Of a stretch of 64,000 nt of DNA, positions 26,554 through 39,400 are shown piece after piece. The notes under the pieces were generated by a model that was given only the letters and a program-made list of their open reading frames with translations, made no database searches and had not been told where the DNA came from. The translations under genes were made by a program, and so were the position numbers. Source of the stretch: Auanema rhodensis. Lineage: Eukaryota > Animalia > Nematoda. Location of the stretch: NCBI GenBank assembly GCA_964057225.1, contig OZ059894.1, positions 18,724,001 through 18,788,000 of the forward strand, written 5' to 3'. The stretch's first letter is position 1. Every line of letters begins with the position of its first letter.

Positions 26554-29500
26554 TCCATGTACACTCAACATTGCTTCCAAAAACATTTTGACAAAAATTT
26601 TTTCGAAAAATTTCAAAATAATTTAGCAAAAAGTAGATGTTTTTAGATTCCTTCTTTCAAGGCAAAGACGATGGACAATGTTATTCAACGAAAAAAATAA
26701 TTCTTCAGGGTGAAAATCGAGGATATATATGTGTGAACTTATATCAGTTGATATCTCGGTGCATTTTTAAGCTAGCGCAAATCTGATAACACAGATCGAC
26801 GCAGCTTAAAAATCCGCATCGAATGCACTATACTACATTGAGAAACGCTTAATACAAAAATTAGTTATGATCGTTTGAAAAATGATGCATTAGTGTATGT
26901 TGAGTTTCCATGTACACTCAACATTGCTTCCAAAAACATTTTGACAAAAATTTTTTCGAAAAATTTCAAAATAATTTAGCAAAAAGTAGATGTTTTTAGA
27001 TTCCTTTTTTTCAAGGCAAAGACGATGGACAATGTTATTCAACGAAAAAAATAATTCTTCAGGGTGAAAATCGAGGATATAAGTGTGAACTTATATCAGT
27101 TGATATCTCGGTGCATTTTTAAGCTAGCGCAAATCTGATAACACAGATCGACGCAGCTTAAAAATCCGCATCGAATGCACTATACTACATTGAGAAACGC
27201 TTAATACAAAAATTAGTTATGATCGTTTGAAAAATGATGCATTAGTGTATGTTGAGTTTCCATGTACACTCAACATTGCTTCCAAAAACATTTTGACAAA
27301 AATTTTTTCAAAAAATTTCAAAATAATTTAGCAAAAAGTAGATGTTTTTAGATTCCTTTTTTCAAGGCAAAGACGATGGACAATGTTATTCAACGAAAAA
27401 ATTAATTCTTCAGGGTGAAAATCGAGGATATAAGTGTGAACTTATATCAGTTGATATCTCGGTGCATTTTTAAGCTAGCGCAAATCTGATAACACAGATC
27501 GACGCAGCTTAAAAATCCGCATCGAATGCACTATACTACATTGAGAAACGCTTAATACAAAAATTAGTTATGATCGTTTGAAAAATGATGCATTAGTGTA
27601 TGTTGAGTTTCCATGTACACTCAACATTGCTTCCAAAAACATTTTGACAAAAATTTTTTCGAAAAATTTCAAAATAATTTAGCAAAAAGTAGATGTTTTT
27701 AGATTCCTTTTTTTCAAGGCAAAGACGATGGACAATGTTATTCAACGAAAAAAATAATTCTTCAGGGTGAAAATGGAGGATATAAGTGTGAACTTATATC
27801 AGTTGATATCTCGGTGCATTTTTAAGCTAGCGCAAATCTGATAACACAGATCGACGCAGCTTAAAAATCCGCATCGAATGCACTATACTACATTGAGAAA
27901 CGCTTAATACAAAAATTAGTTATGATCGTTTGAAAAATGATGCATTAGTGTATGTTGAGTTTCCATGTACACTCAACATTGCTTCCAAAAACATTTTGAC
28001 AAAAATTTTTTCAAAAAATTTCAAAATAATTTAGCAAAAAGTAGATGTTTTTAGATTCCTTTTTTCAAGGCAAAGACGATGGACAATGTTATTCAACGAA
28101 AAAATTAATTCTTCAGGGTGAAAATCGAGGATATAAGTGTGAACTTATATCAGTTGATATCTCGGTGCATTTTTAAGCTAGCGCAAATCTGATAACACAG
28201 ATCGACGCAGCTTAAAAATCCGCATCGAATGCACTATACTACATTGAGAAACGCTTAATACAAAAATTAGTTATGATCGTTTGAAAAATGATGCATTAGT
28301 GTATGTTGAGTTTCCATGTACACTCAACATTGCTTCCAAAAACATTTTGACAAAAATTTTTTCGAAAAATTTCAAAATAATTTAGCAAAAAGTAGATGTT
28401 TTTAGATTCCTTTTTTTCAAGGCAAAGACGATGGATAATGTTATTCAACGAAAAAAATAATTCTTCAGGGTGAAAATCGAGGATATAAGTGTGAACTTAT
28501 ATCAGTTGATATCTCGGTGCATTTTTAAGCTAGCGCAAATCTGATAACACAGATCGACGCAGCTTAAAAATCCGCATCGAATGCACTATACTACATTGAG
28601 AAACGCTTAATACAAAAATTAGTTATGATCGTTTGAAAAATGATGCATTAGTGTATGTTGAGTTTCCATGTACACTCAACATTGCTTCCAAAAACATTTT
28701 GACAAAAATTTTTTCAAAAAATTTCAAAATAATTTAGCAAAAAGTAGATGTTTTTAGATTCCTTTTTTTAAGGCAAAGACGATGGACAATGTTATTCAAC
28801 GAAAAAATTAATTCTTCAGGGTGAAAATCGAGGATATAAGTGTGAACTTATATCAGTTGATATCTCGGTGCATTTTTAAGCTAGCGCAAATCTGATAACA
28901 CAGATCGACGCAGCTTAAAAATCCGCATCGAATGCACTATACTACATTGAGAAACGCTTAATACAAAAATTAGTTATGATCGTTTGAAAAATGATGCATT
29001 AGTGTATGTTGAGTTTCCATGTACACTCAACATTGCTTCCAAAAACATTTTGACAAAAATTTTTTCGAAAAATTTCAAAATAATTTAGCAAAAAGTAGAT
29101 GTTTTTAGATTCCTTTTTTCAAGGCAAAGACGATGGACAATGTTATTCAACGAAAAAAATAATTCTTCAGGGTGAAAATCGAGGATATAAGTGTGAACTT
29201 ATATCAGTTGATATCTCGGTGCATTTTTAAGCTAGCGCAAATCTGATAACACAGATCGACGCAGCTTAAAAATCCGCATCGAATGCACTATACTACATTG
29301 AGAAACGCTTAATACAAAAATTAGTTATGATCGTTTGAAAAATGATGCATTAGTGTATGTTGAGTTTCCATGTACACTCAACATTGCTTCCAAAAACATT
29401 TTGACAAAAATTTTTTCGAAAAATTTCAAAATAATTTAGCAAAAAGTAGATGTTTTTAGATTCCTTTTTTCAAGGCAAAGACGATGGACAATGTTATTCA

Positions 29501-32500
29501 ACGAAAAAAATAATTCTTCAGGGTGAAAATCGAGGATATAAGTGTGAACTTATATCAGTTGATATCTCGGTGCATTTTTAAGCTAGCGCAAATCTGATAA
29601 CACAGATCGACGCAGCTTAAAAATCCGCATCGAATGCACTATACTACATTGAGAAACGCTTAATACAAAAATTAGTTATGATCGTTTGAAAAATGATGCA
29701 TTAGTGTATGTTGAGTTTCCATGTACACTCAACATTGCTTCCAAAAACATTTTGACAAAAATTTTTTCGAAAAATTTCAAAATAATTTAGCAAAAAGTAG
29801 ATGTTTTTAGATTTCTTTTTTCAAGGCAAAGACGATGGACAATGTTATTCAACGAAAAAATTAATTCTTCAGGGTGAAAATCGAGGATATAAGTGTGAAC
29901 TTATATCAGTTGATATCTCTGTGCATTTTTAAGCTAGCGCAAATCTGATAACACAGATCGACGCAGCTTAAAAATCCGCATCGAATGCACTATACTACAT
30001 TGAGAAACGCTTAATACAAAAATTAGTTATGATCGTTTGAAAAATGATGCATTAGTGTATGTTGAGTTTCCATGTACACTCAACATTGCTTCCAAAAACA
30101 TTTTGACAAAAATTTTTTCGAAAAATTTCAAAATAATTTAGCAAAAAGTAGATGTTTTTAGATTCCTTTTTTCAAGGCAAAGACGATGGACAATGTTATT
30201 CAACGAAAAAAATAATTCTTCAGGGTGAAAATCGAGGATATAAGTGTGAACTGATATCAGTTGATATCTCGGTGCATTTTTAAGCTAGCGCAAATCTGAT
30301 AACACAGATCGACGCAGCTTAAAAATCCGCATCGAATGCACTATACTACATTGAGAAACGCTTAATACAAAAATTAGTTATGATCGTTTGAAAAATGATG
30401 CATTAGTGTATGTTGAGTTTCCATGTACACTCAACATTGCTTCCAAAAACATTTTGACAAAAATTTTTTCAAAAAATTTCAAAATAATTTAGCAAAAAGT
30501 AGATGTTTTTAGATTCCTTTTTTCAAGGCAAAGACGATGGACAATGTTATTCAACGAAAAAATTAATTCTTCAGTTTGAAAATCGAGGATATAAGTGTGA
30601 ACTTATATCAGTTGATATCTCGGTGCATTTTTAAGCTAGCGCAAATCTGATAACACAGATCGACGCAGCTTAAAAATCCGCATCGAATGCACTATACTAC
30701 ATCGAGAAACGCTTAATACAAAAATTAGTTATGATCGTTTGAAAAATGATGCATTAGTGTATGTTGAGTTTCCATGTACACTCAACATTGCTTCCAAAAA
30801 CATTTTGACAAAAATTTTTTCGAAAAATTTCAAAATAATTTAGCAAAAAGTAGATGTTTTTAGATTTCTTTTTTCAAGGCAAAGACGATGGACAATGTTA
30901 TTCAACGAAAAAATTAATTCTTCAGGGTGAAAATCGAGGATATAAGTGTGAACTTATATCAGTTGATATCTCGGTGCATTTTTAAGCTAGCGCAAATCTG
31001 ATAACACAGATCGACGCAGCTGAAAAATCCGCATCGAATGCACTATACTACATTGAGAAACGCTTAATACAAAAATTAGTTATGATCGTTTGAAAAATGA
31101 TGCATTAGTGTATGTTGAGTTTCCATGTACACTCAACATTGCTTCCAAAAACATTTTGACAAAAATTTTTTCGAAAAATTTCAAAATAATTTAGCAAAAA
31201 GTAGATGTTTTTAGATTCCTTTTTTCAAGGCAAAGACGATGGACAATGTTATTCAACGAAAAAAATAATTCTTCAGGGTGAAAATCGAGGATATAAGTGT
31301 GAACTGATATCAGTTGATATCTCGGTGCATTTTTAAGCTAGCGCAAATCTGATAACACAGATCGACGCAGCTTAAAAATCCGCATCGAATGCACTATACT
31401 ACATTGAGAAACGCTTAATACAAAAATTAGTTATGATCGTTTGAAAAATGATGCATTAGTGTATGTTGAGTTTCCATGTACACTCAACATTGCTTCCAAA
31501 AACATTTTGACAAAAATTTTTTCAAAAAATTTCAAAATAATTTAGCAAAAAGTAGATGTTTTTAGATTCCTTTTTTCAAGGCAAAGACGATGGACAATGT
31601 TATTCAACGAAAAAATTAATTCTTCAGTTTGAAAATCGAGGATATAAGTGTGAACTTATATCAGTTGATATCTCGGTGCATTTTTAAGCTAGCGCAAATC
31701 TGATAACACAGATCGACGCAGCTTAAAAATCCGCATCGAATGCACTATACTACATTGAGAAACGCTTAATACAAAAATTAGTTATGATCGTTTGAAAAAT
31801 GATGCATTAGTGTATGTTGAGTTTCCATGTACACTCAACATTGCTTCCAAAAACATTTTGACAAAAATTTTTTCGAAAAATTTCAAAATAATTTAGCAAA
31901 AAGTAGATGTTTTTAGATTCCTTTTTTTCAAGGCAAAGACGATGGACAATGTTATTCAACGAAAAAAATAATTCTTCAGGGTGAAAATCGAGGATATAAG
32001 TGTGAACTTATATCAGTTGATATCTCGGTGCATTTTTAAGCTAGCGCAAATCTGATAACACAGATCGACGCAGCTTAAAAATCCGCATCGAATGCACTAT
32101 ACTACATTGAGAAACGCTTAATACAAAAATTAGTTATGATCGTTTGAAAAATGATGCATTAGTGTATGTTGAGTTTCCATGTACACTCAACATTGCTTCC
32201 AAAAACATTTTGACAAAAATTTTTTCAAAAAATTTCAAAATAATTTAGCAAAAAGTAGATGTTTTTAGATTCCTTTTTTCAAGGCAAAGACGATGGACAA
32301 TGTTATTCAACGAAAAAATTAATTCTTCAGGGTGAAAATCGAGGATATAAGTGTGAACTTATATCAGTTGATATCTCGGTGCATTTTTAAGCTAGCGCAA
32401 ATCTGATAACACAGATCGACGCAGCTTAAAAATCCGCATCGAATGCACTATACTACATTGAGAAACGCTTAATACAAAAATTAGTTATGATCGTTTGAAA

Positions 32501-35405
32501 AATGATGCATTAGTGTATGTTGAGTTTCCATGTACACTCAACATTGCTTCCAAAAACATTTTGACAAAAATTTTTTCGAAAAATTTCAAAATAATTTAGC
32601 AAAAAGTAGATGTTTTTAGATTTCTTTTTTCAAGGCAAAGACGATGGACAATGTTATTCAACGAAAAAATTAATTCTTCAGGGTGAAAATCGAGGATATA
32701 AGTGTGAACTTATATCAGTTGATATCTCGGTGCATTTTTAAGCTAGCGCAAATCTGATAACACAGATCGACGCAGCTTAAAAATCCGCATCGAATGCACT
32801 ATACTACATTGAGAAACGCTTAATACAAAAATTAGTTATGATCGTTTGAAAAATGATGCATTAGTGTATGTTGAGTTTCCATGTACACTCAACATTGCTT
32901 CCAAAAACATTTTGACAAAAATTTTTTCGAAAAATTTCAAAATAATTTAGCAAAAAGTAGATGTTTTTAGATTCCTTTTTTCAAGGCAAAGACGATGGAC
33001 AATGTTATTCAACGAAAAAAATAATTCTTCAGGGTGAAAATCGAGGATATAAGTGTGAACTGATATCAGTTGATATCTCGGTGCATTTTTAAGCTAGCGC
33101 AAATCTGATAACACAGATCGACGCAGCTTAAAAATCCGCATCGAATGCACTATACTACATTGAGAAACGCTTAATACAAAAATTAGTTATGATCGTTTGA
33201 AAAATGATGCATTAGTGTATGTTGAGTTTCCATGTACACTCAACATTGCTTCCAAAAACATTTTGACAAAAATTTTTTCGAAAAATTTCAAAATAATTTA
33301 GCAAAAAGTAGATGTTTTTAGATTCCTTTTTTCAAGGCAAAGACGATGGACAATGTTATTCAACGAAAAAAATAATTCTTCAGGGTGAAAATCGAGGATA
33401 TAAGTGTGAACTTATATCAGTTGATATCTCGGTGCATTTTTAAGCTAGCGCAAATCTGATAACACAGATCGACGCAGCTTAAAAATCCGCATCGAATGCA
33501 CTATACTACATTGAGAAACGCTTAATACAAAAATTAGTTATGATCGTTTGAAAAATGATGCATTAGTGTATGTTGAGTTTCCATGTACACTCAACATTGC
33601 TTCCAAAAACATTTTGACAAAAATTTTTTCGAAAAATTTCAAAATAATTTAGCAAAAAGTAGATGTTTTTAGATTCCTTTTTTCAAGGCAAAGACGATGG
33701 ACAATGTTATTCAACGAAAAAATTAATTCTTCAGGGTGAAAATCGAGGATATAAGTGTGAACTTATATCAGTTGATATCTCGGTGCATTTTTAAGCTAGC
33801 GCAAATCTGATAACACAGATCGACGCAGCTTAAAAATCCGCATCGAATGCACTATACTACATTGAGAAACGCTTAATACAAAAATTAGTTATGATCGTTT
33901 GAAAAATGATGCATTAGTGTATGTTGAGTTTCCATGTACACTCAACATTGCTTCCAAAAACATTTTGACAAAAATTTTTTCGAAAAATTTCAAAATAATT
34001 TAGCAAAAAGTAGATGTTTTTAGATTCCTTTTTTCAAGGCAAAGACGATGGACAATGTTATTCAACGAAAAAATTAATTCTTCAGTTTGAAAATCGAGGA
34101 TATAAGTGTGAACTTATATCAGTTGATATCTCGGTGCATTTTTAAGCTAGCGCAAATCTGATAACACAGATCGACGCAGCTTAAAAATCCGCATCGAATG
34201 CACTATACTACATTGAGAAACGCTTAATACAAAAATTAGTTATGATCGTTTGAAAAATGATGCATTAGTGTATGTTGAGTTTCCATGTACACTCAACATT
34301 GCTTCCAAAAACATTTTGACAAAAATTTTTTCGAAAAATTTCAAAATAATTTAGCAAAAAGTAGATGTTTTTAGATTCCTTTTTTCAAGGCAAAGACGAT
34401 GGACAATGTTATTCAACGAAAAATTTAATTCTTCAGGGTGAAAATTGAGGATATAAGTGTGAACTTATATCAGTTGATATCTCGGTGCATTTTTAAGCTA
34501 GCGCAAATCTGTTAACACAGATCAACGCAGCTTAAAAATCCGCATCGAATGCACTATACTACATTGAGAAACGCTTAATACAAAAATTAGTTATGATCGT
34601 TTGAAAAATGATGCATTAGTGTATGTTGAGTTTCCATGTACACTCAACATTGCTTCCAAAAACATTTTGACAAAAATTTTTTCGAAAAATTTCAAAATAA
34701 TTTAGCAAAAAGTAGATGTTTTTAGATTCCTTTTTTCAAGGCAAAGACGATGGACAATGTTATTCAACGAAAAAAATAATTCTTCAGGGTGAAAATCGAG
34801 GATATAAGTGTGAACTTATATCAGTTGATATCTCGGTGCATTTTTAAGCTAGCGCAAATCTGATAACACAGATCGACGCAGCTTAAAAATCCGCATCGAA
34901 TGCACTATACTACATTGAGAAACGCTTAATACAAAAATTAGTTATGATCGTTTGAAAAATGATGCATTAGTGTATGTTGAGTTTCCATGTACACTCAACA
35001 TTGCTTCCAAAAACATTTTGACAAAAATTTTTTCAAAAAATTTCAAAATAATTTAGCAAAAAGTAGATGTTTTTAGATTCCTTTTTTCAAGGCAAAGACG
35101 ATGGACAATGTTATTCAACGAAAAAAATAATTCTTCAGGGTGAAAATCGAGGATATATATGTGTGAACTTATATCAGTTGATATCTCGGTGCATTTTTAA
35201 GCTAGCGCAAATCTGATAACACAGATCGACGCAGCTTAAAAATCCGCATCGAATGCACTATACTACATTGAGAAACGCTTAATACAAAAATTAGTTATGA
35301 TCGTTTGAAAAATGATGCATTAGTGTATGTTGAGTTTCCATGTACACTCAACATTGCTTCCAAAAACATTTTGACAAAAATTTTTTCGAAAAATTTCAAA
35401 ATAAT

Positions 35406-36300
35406 TTAAAAATAATCAAAATAATTTTCAAAAAGGTCTGAATTTATGTGTCTACGGCGCCACATAAATTCACACAAATAACCATCTAACATGTGAGTCT
35501 GTACCCCCCATAAACGCTTAAATTTGGCTTTCGCAATGTTCCAAACTCCCTCTATAGTATTAGTATGAGCTGCGGTTTCGGGGTCAACAAAATTATATGT
35601 ATGGTTAACCGTCAGATGGGTGTATTGCTTGTTTAAAGATTCTAACCCCCCATAAGCGCGCCAGCAGTCTGATATTATAGTACTTCCAGGATTTATTGAG
35701 AACTCAATACATTCCTGGAGAGTAGCTCTACTTCTATCAGGCACTGCATACAAAAAACATTCCTTTGTCTCACGACATATCCCCCCAAACACCCATTGCT
35801 CTGGCTTAACCCTACCAACATTATATTTACGCTTAGATACAAGGGTCTCATCTATCTCTACAGTCATATTAGGGCCCCCTATTTTAACTGGATTTTTTAA
35901 AAGGGAGTGGGCACAGACCTCACGTAAAAAATTATTATAGTCTACTACAGTATGATTGGATCCTATTCCCAGCTCATCTTTGCAAAATTGAACTGTAGTA
36001 TACTCCTTTGTCCAACAGTAGATGAAGAGTATGAAGTTAGCATACGATAAGTGAGAACCTATTTAATTTTAATTATTTACATCTTAAATGTGAAGCTATA
36101 CCTTCTAAAAATGTTCTTTTTTTTAATTGCTGTTCTTTCCTACAGCTTTTTTTGGGGCATCTCCACCGTTCACGCTCTATTGAGAGCTTCATTTCAGATT
36201 GGCAGAGGCTACAGATCATAGCATCTGGTAACAACCCCTTTTCTTGCAAAAATCGAATTGCATTTTCTTTAGTTGCAACTTTATCTCTTAGAGCGAACAT
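35406..36300 (-). CDS. Merlin transposase with altered C-terminus, 283 aa (intron 36059-36101)
   Basis: The ORF is open through all catalytic motifs and ends ...LFENYFDYF* instead of ...LFENMLCDINDFMNDINNRE*. Confidence 0.8.
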
Positions 36301-36440
36301 GCTGTCAGATTGACTTCGAGATATCGATTGTTTTTTATTTGATATTTATTATAATTTTTTTAATTTTTAAGCAACTGTGTGCTTTTCGGCAAAAGGGGCG
36401 GGGCTTAGGGCCGGGGGGGGGGGAAAACTGCACTTGAACC
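35424..36440 (-). mobile_element. Merlin copy 3, left end deleted (~248 bp incl. left TIR missing)
   Basis: The satellite stops at 35408, followed by a 15-bp filler and then internal Merlin sequence ATTTTCAAAAAGG. The right TIR and TSD (36441-36448) are intact. Confidence 0.94.
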
Positions 36441-39400
36441 TCCATGTACACTCAACATTGCTTCCAAAAACATTTTGACAAAAATTTTTTCGAAAAATTT
36501 CAAAATAATTTAGCAAAAAGTAGATGTTTTTAGATTCCTTCTTTCAAGGCAAAGACGATGGACAATGTTATTCAACGAAAAAAATAATTCTTCAGGGTGA
36601 AAATCGAGGATATATATGTGTGAACTTATATCAGTTGATATCTCGGTGCATTTTTAAGCTAGCGCAAATCTGATAACACAGATCGACGCAGCTTAAAAAT
36701 CCGCATCGAATGCACTATACTACATTGAGAAACGCTTAATACAAAAATTAGTTATGATCGTTTGAAAAATGATGCATTAGTGTATGTTGAGTTTCCATGT
36801 ACACTCAACATTGCTTCCAAAAACATTTTGACAAAAATTTTTTCGAAAAATTTCAAAATAATTTAGCAAAAAGTAGATGTTTTTAGATTCCTTTTTTTCA
36901 AGGCAAAGACGATGGACAATGTTATTCAACGAAAAAAATAATTCTTCAGGGTGAAAATCGAGGATATAAGTGTGAACTTATATCAGTTGATATCTCGGTG
37001 CATTTTTAAGCTAGCGCAAATCTGATAACACAGATCGACGCAGCTTAAAAATCCGCATCGAATGCACTATACTACATTGAGAAACGCTTAATACAAAAAT
37101 TAGTTATGATCGTTTGAAAAATGATGCATTAGTGTATGTTGAGTTTCCATGTACACTCAACATTGCTTCCAAAAACATTTTGACAAAAATTTTTTCAAAA
37201 AATTTCAAAATAATTTAGCAAAAAGTAGATGTTTTTAGATTCCTTTTTTCAAGGCAAAGACGATGGACAATGTTATTCAACGAAAAAATTAATTCTTCAG
37301 GGTGAAAATCGAGGATATAAGTGTGAACTTATATCAGTTGATATCTCGGTGCATTTTTAAGCTAGCGCAAATCTGATAACACAGATCGACGCAGCTTAAA
37401 AATCCGCATCGAATGCACTATACTACATTGAGAAACGCTTAATACAAAAATTAGTTATTATCGTTTGAAAAATGATGCATTAGTGTATGTTGAGTTTCCA
37501 TGTACACTCAACATTGCTTCCAAAAACATTTTGACAAAAATTTTTTCGAAAAATTTCAAAATAATTTAGCAAAAAGTAGATGTTTTTAGATTCCTTTTTT
37601 CAAGGCAAAGACGATGGACAATGTTATTCAACGAAAAAAATAATTCTTCAGGGTGAAAATCGAGGATATAAGTGTGAACTTATATCAGTTGATATCTCGG
37701 TGCATTTTTAAGCTAGCGCAAATCTGATAACACAGATCGACGCAGCTTAAAAATCCGCATCGAATGCACTATACTACATTGAGAAACGCTTAATACAAAA
37801 ATTAGTTATGATCGTTTGAAAAATGATGCATTAGTGTATGTTGAGTTTCCATGTACACTCAACATTGCTTCCAAAAACATTTTGACAAAAATTTTTTCGA
37901 AAAATTTCAAAATAATTTAGCAAAAAGTAGATGTTTTTAGATTTCTTTTTTCAAGGCAAAGACGATGGACAATGTTATTCAACGAAAAAATTAATTCTTC
38001 AGGGTGAAAATCGAGGATATAAGTGTGAACTTATATCAGTTGATATCTCGGTGCATTTTTAAGCTAGCGCAAATCTGATAACACAGATCGACGCAGCTTA
38101 AAAATCCGCATCGAATGCACTATACTACATTGAGAAACGCTTAATACAAAAATTAGTTATGATCGTTTGAAAAATGATGCATTAGTGTATGTTGAGTTTC
38201 CATGTACACTCAACATTGCTTCCAAAAACATTTTGACAAAAATTTTTTCGAAAAATTTCAAAATAATTTAGCAAAAAGTAGATGTTTTTAGATTTCTTTT
38301 TTCAAGGCAAAGACGATGGACAATGTTATTCAACGAAAAAATTAATTCTTCAGGGTGAAAATCGAGGATATAAGTGTGAACTTATATCAGTTGATATCTC
38401 GGTGCATTTTTAAGCTAGCGCAAATCTGATAACACAGATCGACGCAGCTTAAAAATCCGCATCGAATGCACTATACTACATTGAGAAACGCTTAATACAA
38501 AAATTAGTTATGATCGTTTGAAAAATGATGCATTAGTGTATGTTGAGTTTCCATGTACACTCAACATTGCTTCCAAAAACATTTTGACAAAAATTTTTTC
38601 GAAAAATTTCAAAATAATTTAGCAAAAAGTAGATGTTTTTAGATTCCTTTTTTCAAGGCAAAGACGATGGACAATGTTATTCAACGAAAAAAATAATTCT
38701 TCAGGGTGAAAATCGAGGATATAAGTGTGAACTGATATCAGTTGATATCTCGGTGCATTTTTAAGCTAGCGCAAATCTGATAACACAGATCGACGCAGCT
38801 TAAAAATCCGAATCGAATGCACTATACTACATTGAGAAACGCTTAATACAAAAATTAGTTATGATCGTTTGAAAAATGATGCATTAGTGTATGTTGAGTT
38901 TCCATGTACACTCAACATTGCTTCCAAAAACATTTTGACAAAAATTTTTTCAAAAAATTTCAAAATAATTTAGCAAAAAGTAGATGTTTTTAGATTCCTT
39001 TTTTCAAGGCAAAGACGATGGACAATGTTATTCAACGAAAAAATTAATTCTTCAGTTTGAAAATCGAGGATATAAGTGTGAACTTATATCAGTTGATATC
39101 TCGGTGCATTTTTAAGCTAGCGCAAATCTGATAACACAGATCGACGCAGCTTAAAAATCCGCATCGAATGCACTATACTACATTGAGAAACGCTTAATAC
39201 AAAAATTAGTTATGATCGTTTGAAAAATGATGCATTAGTGTATGTTGAGTTTCCATGTACACTCAACATTGCTTCCAAAAACATTTTGACAAAAATTTTT
39301 TCGAAAAATTTCAAAATAATTTAGCAAAAAGTAGATGTTTTTAGATTCCTTTTTTCAAGGCAAAGACGATGGACAATGTTATTCAACGAAAAATTTATTT

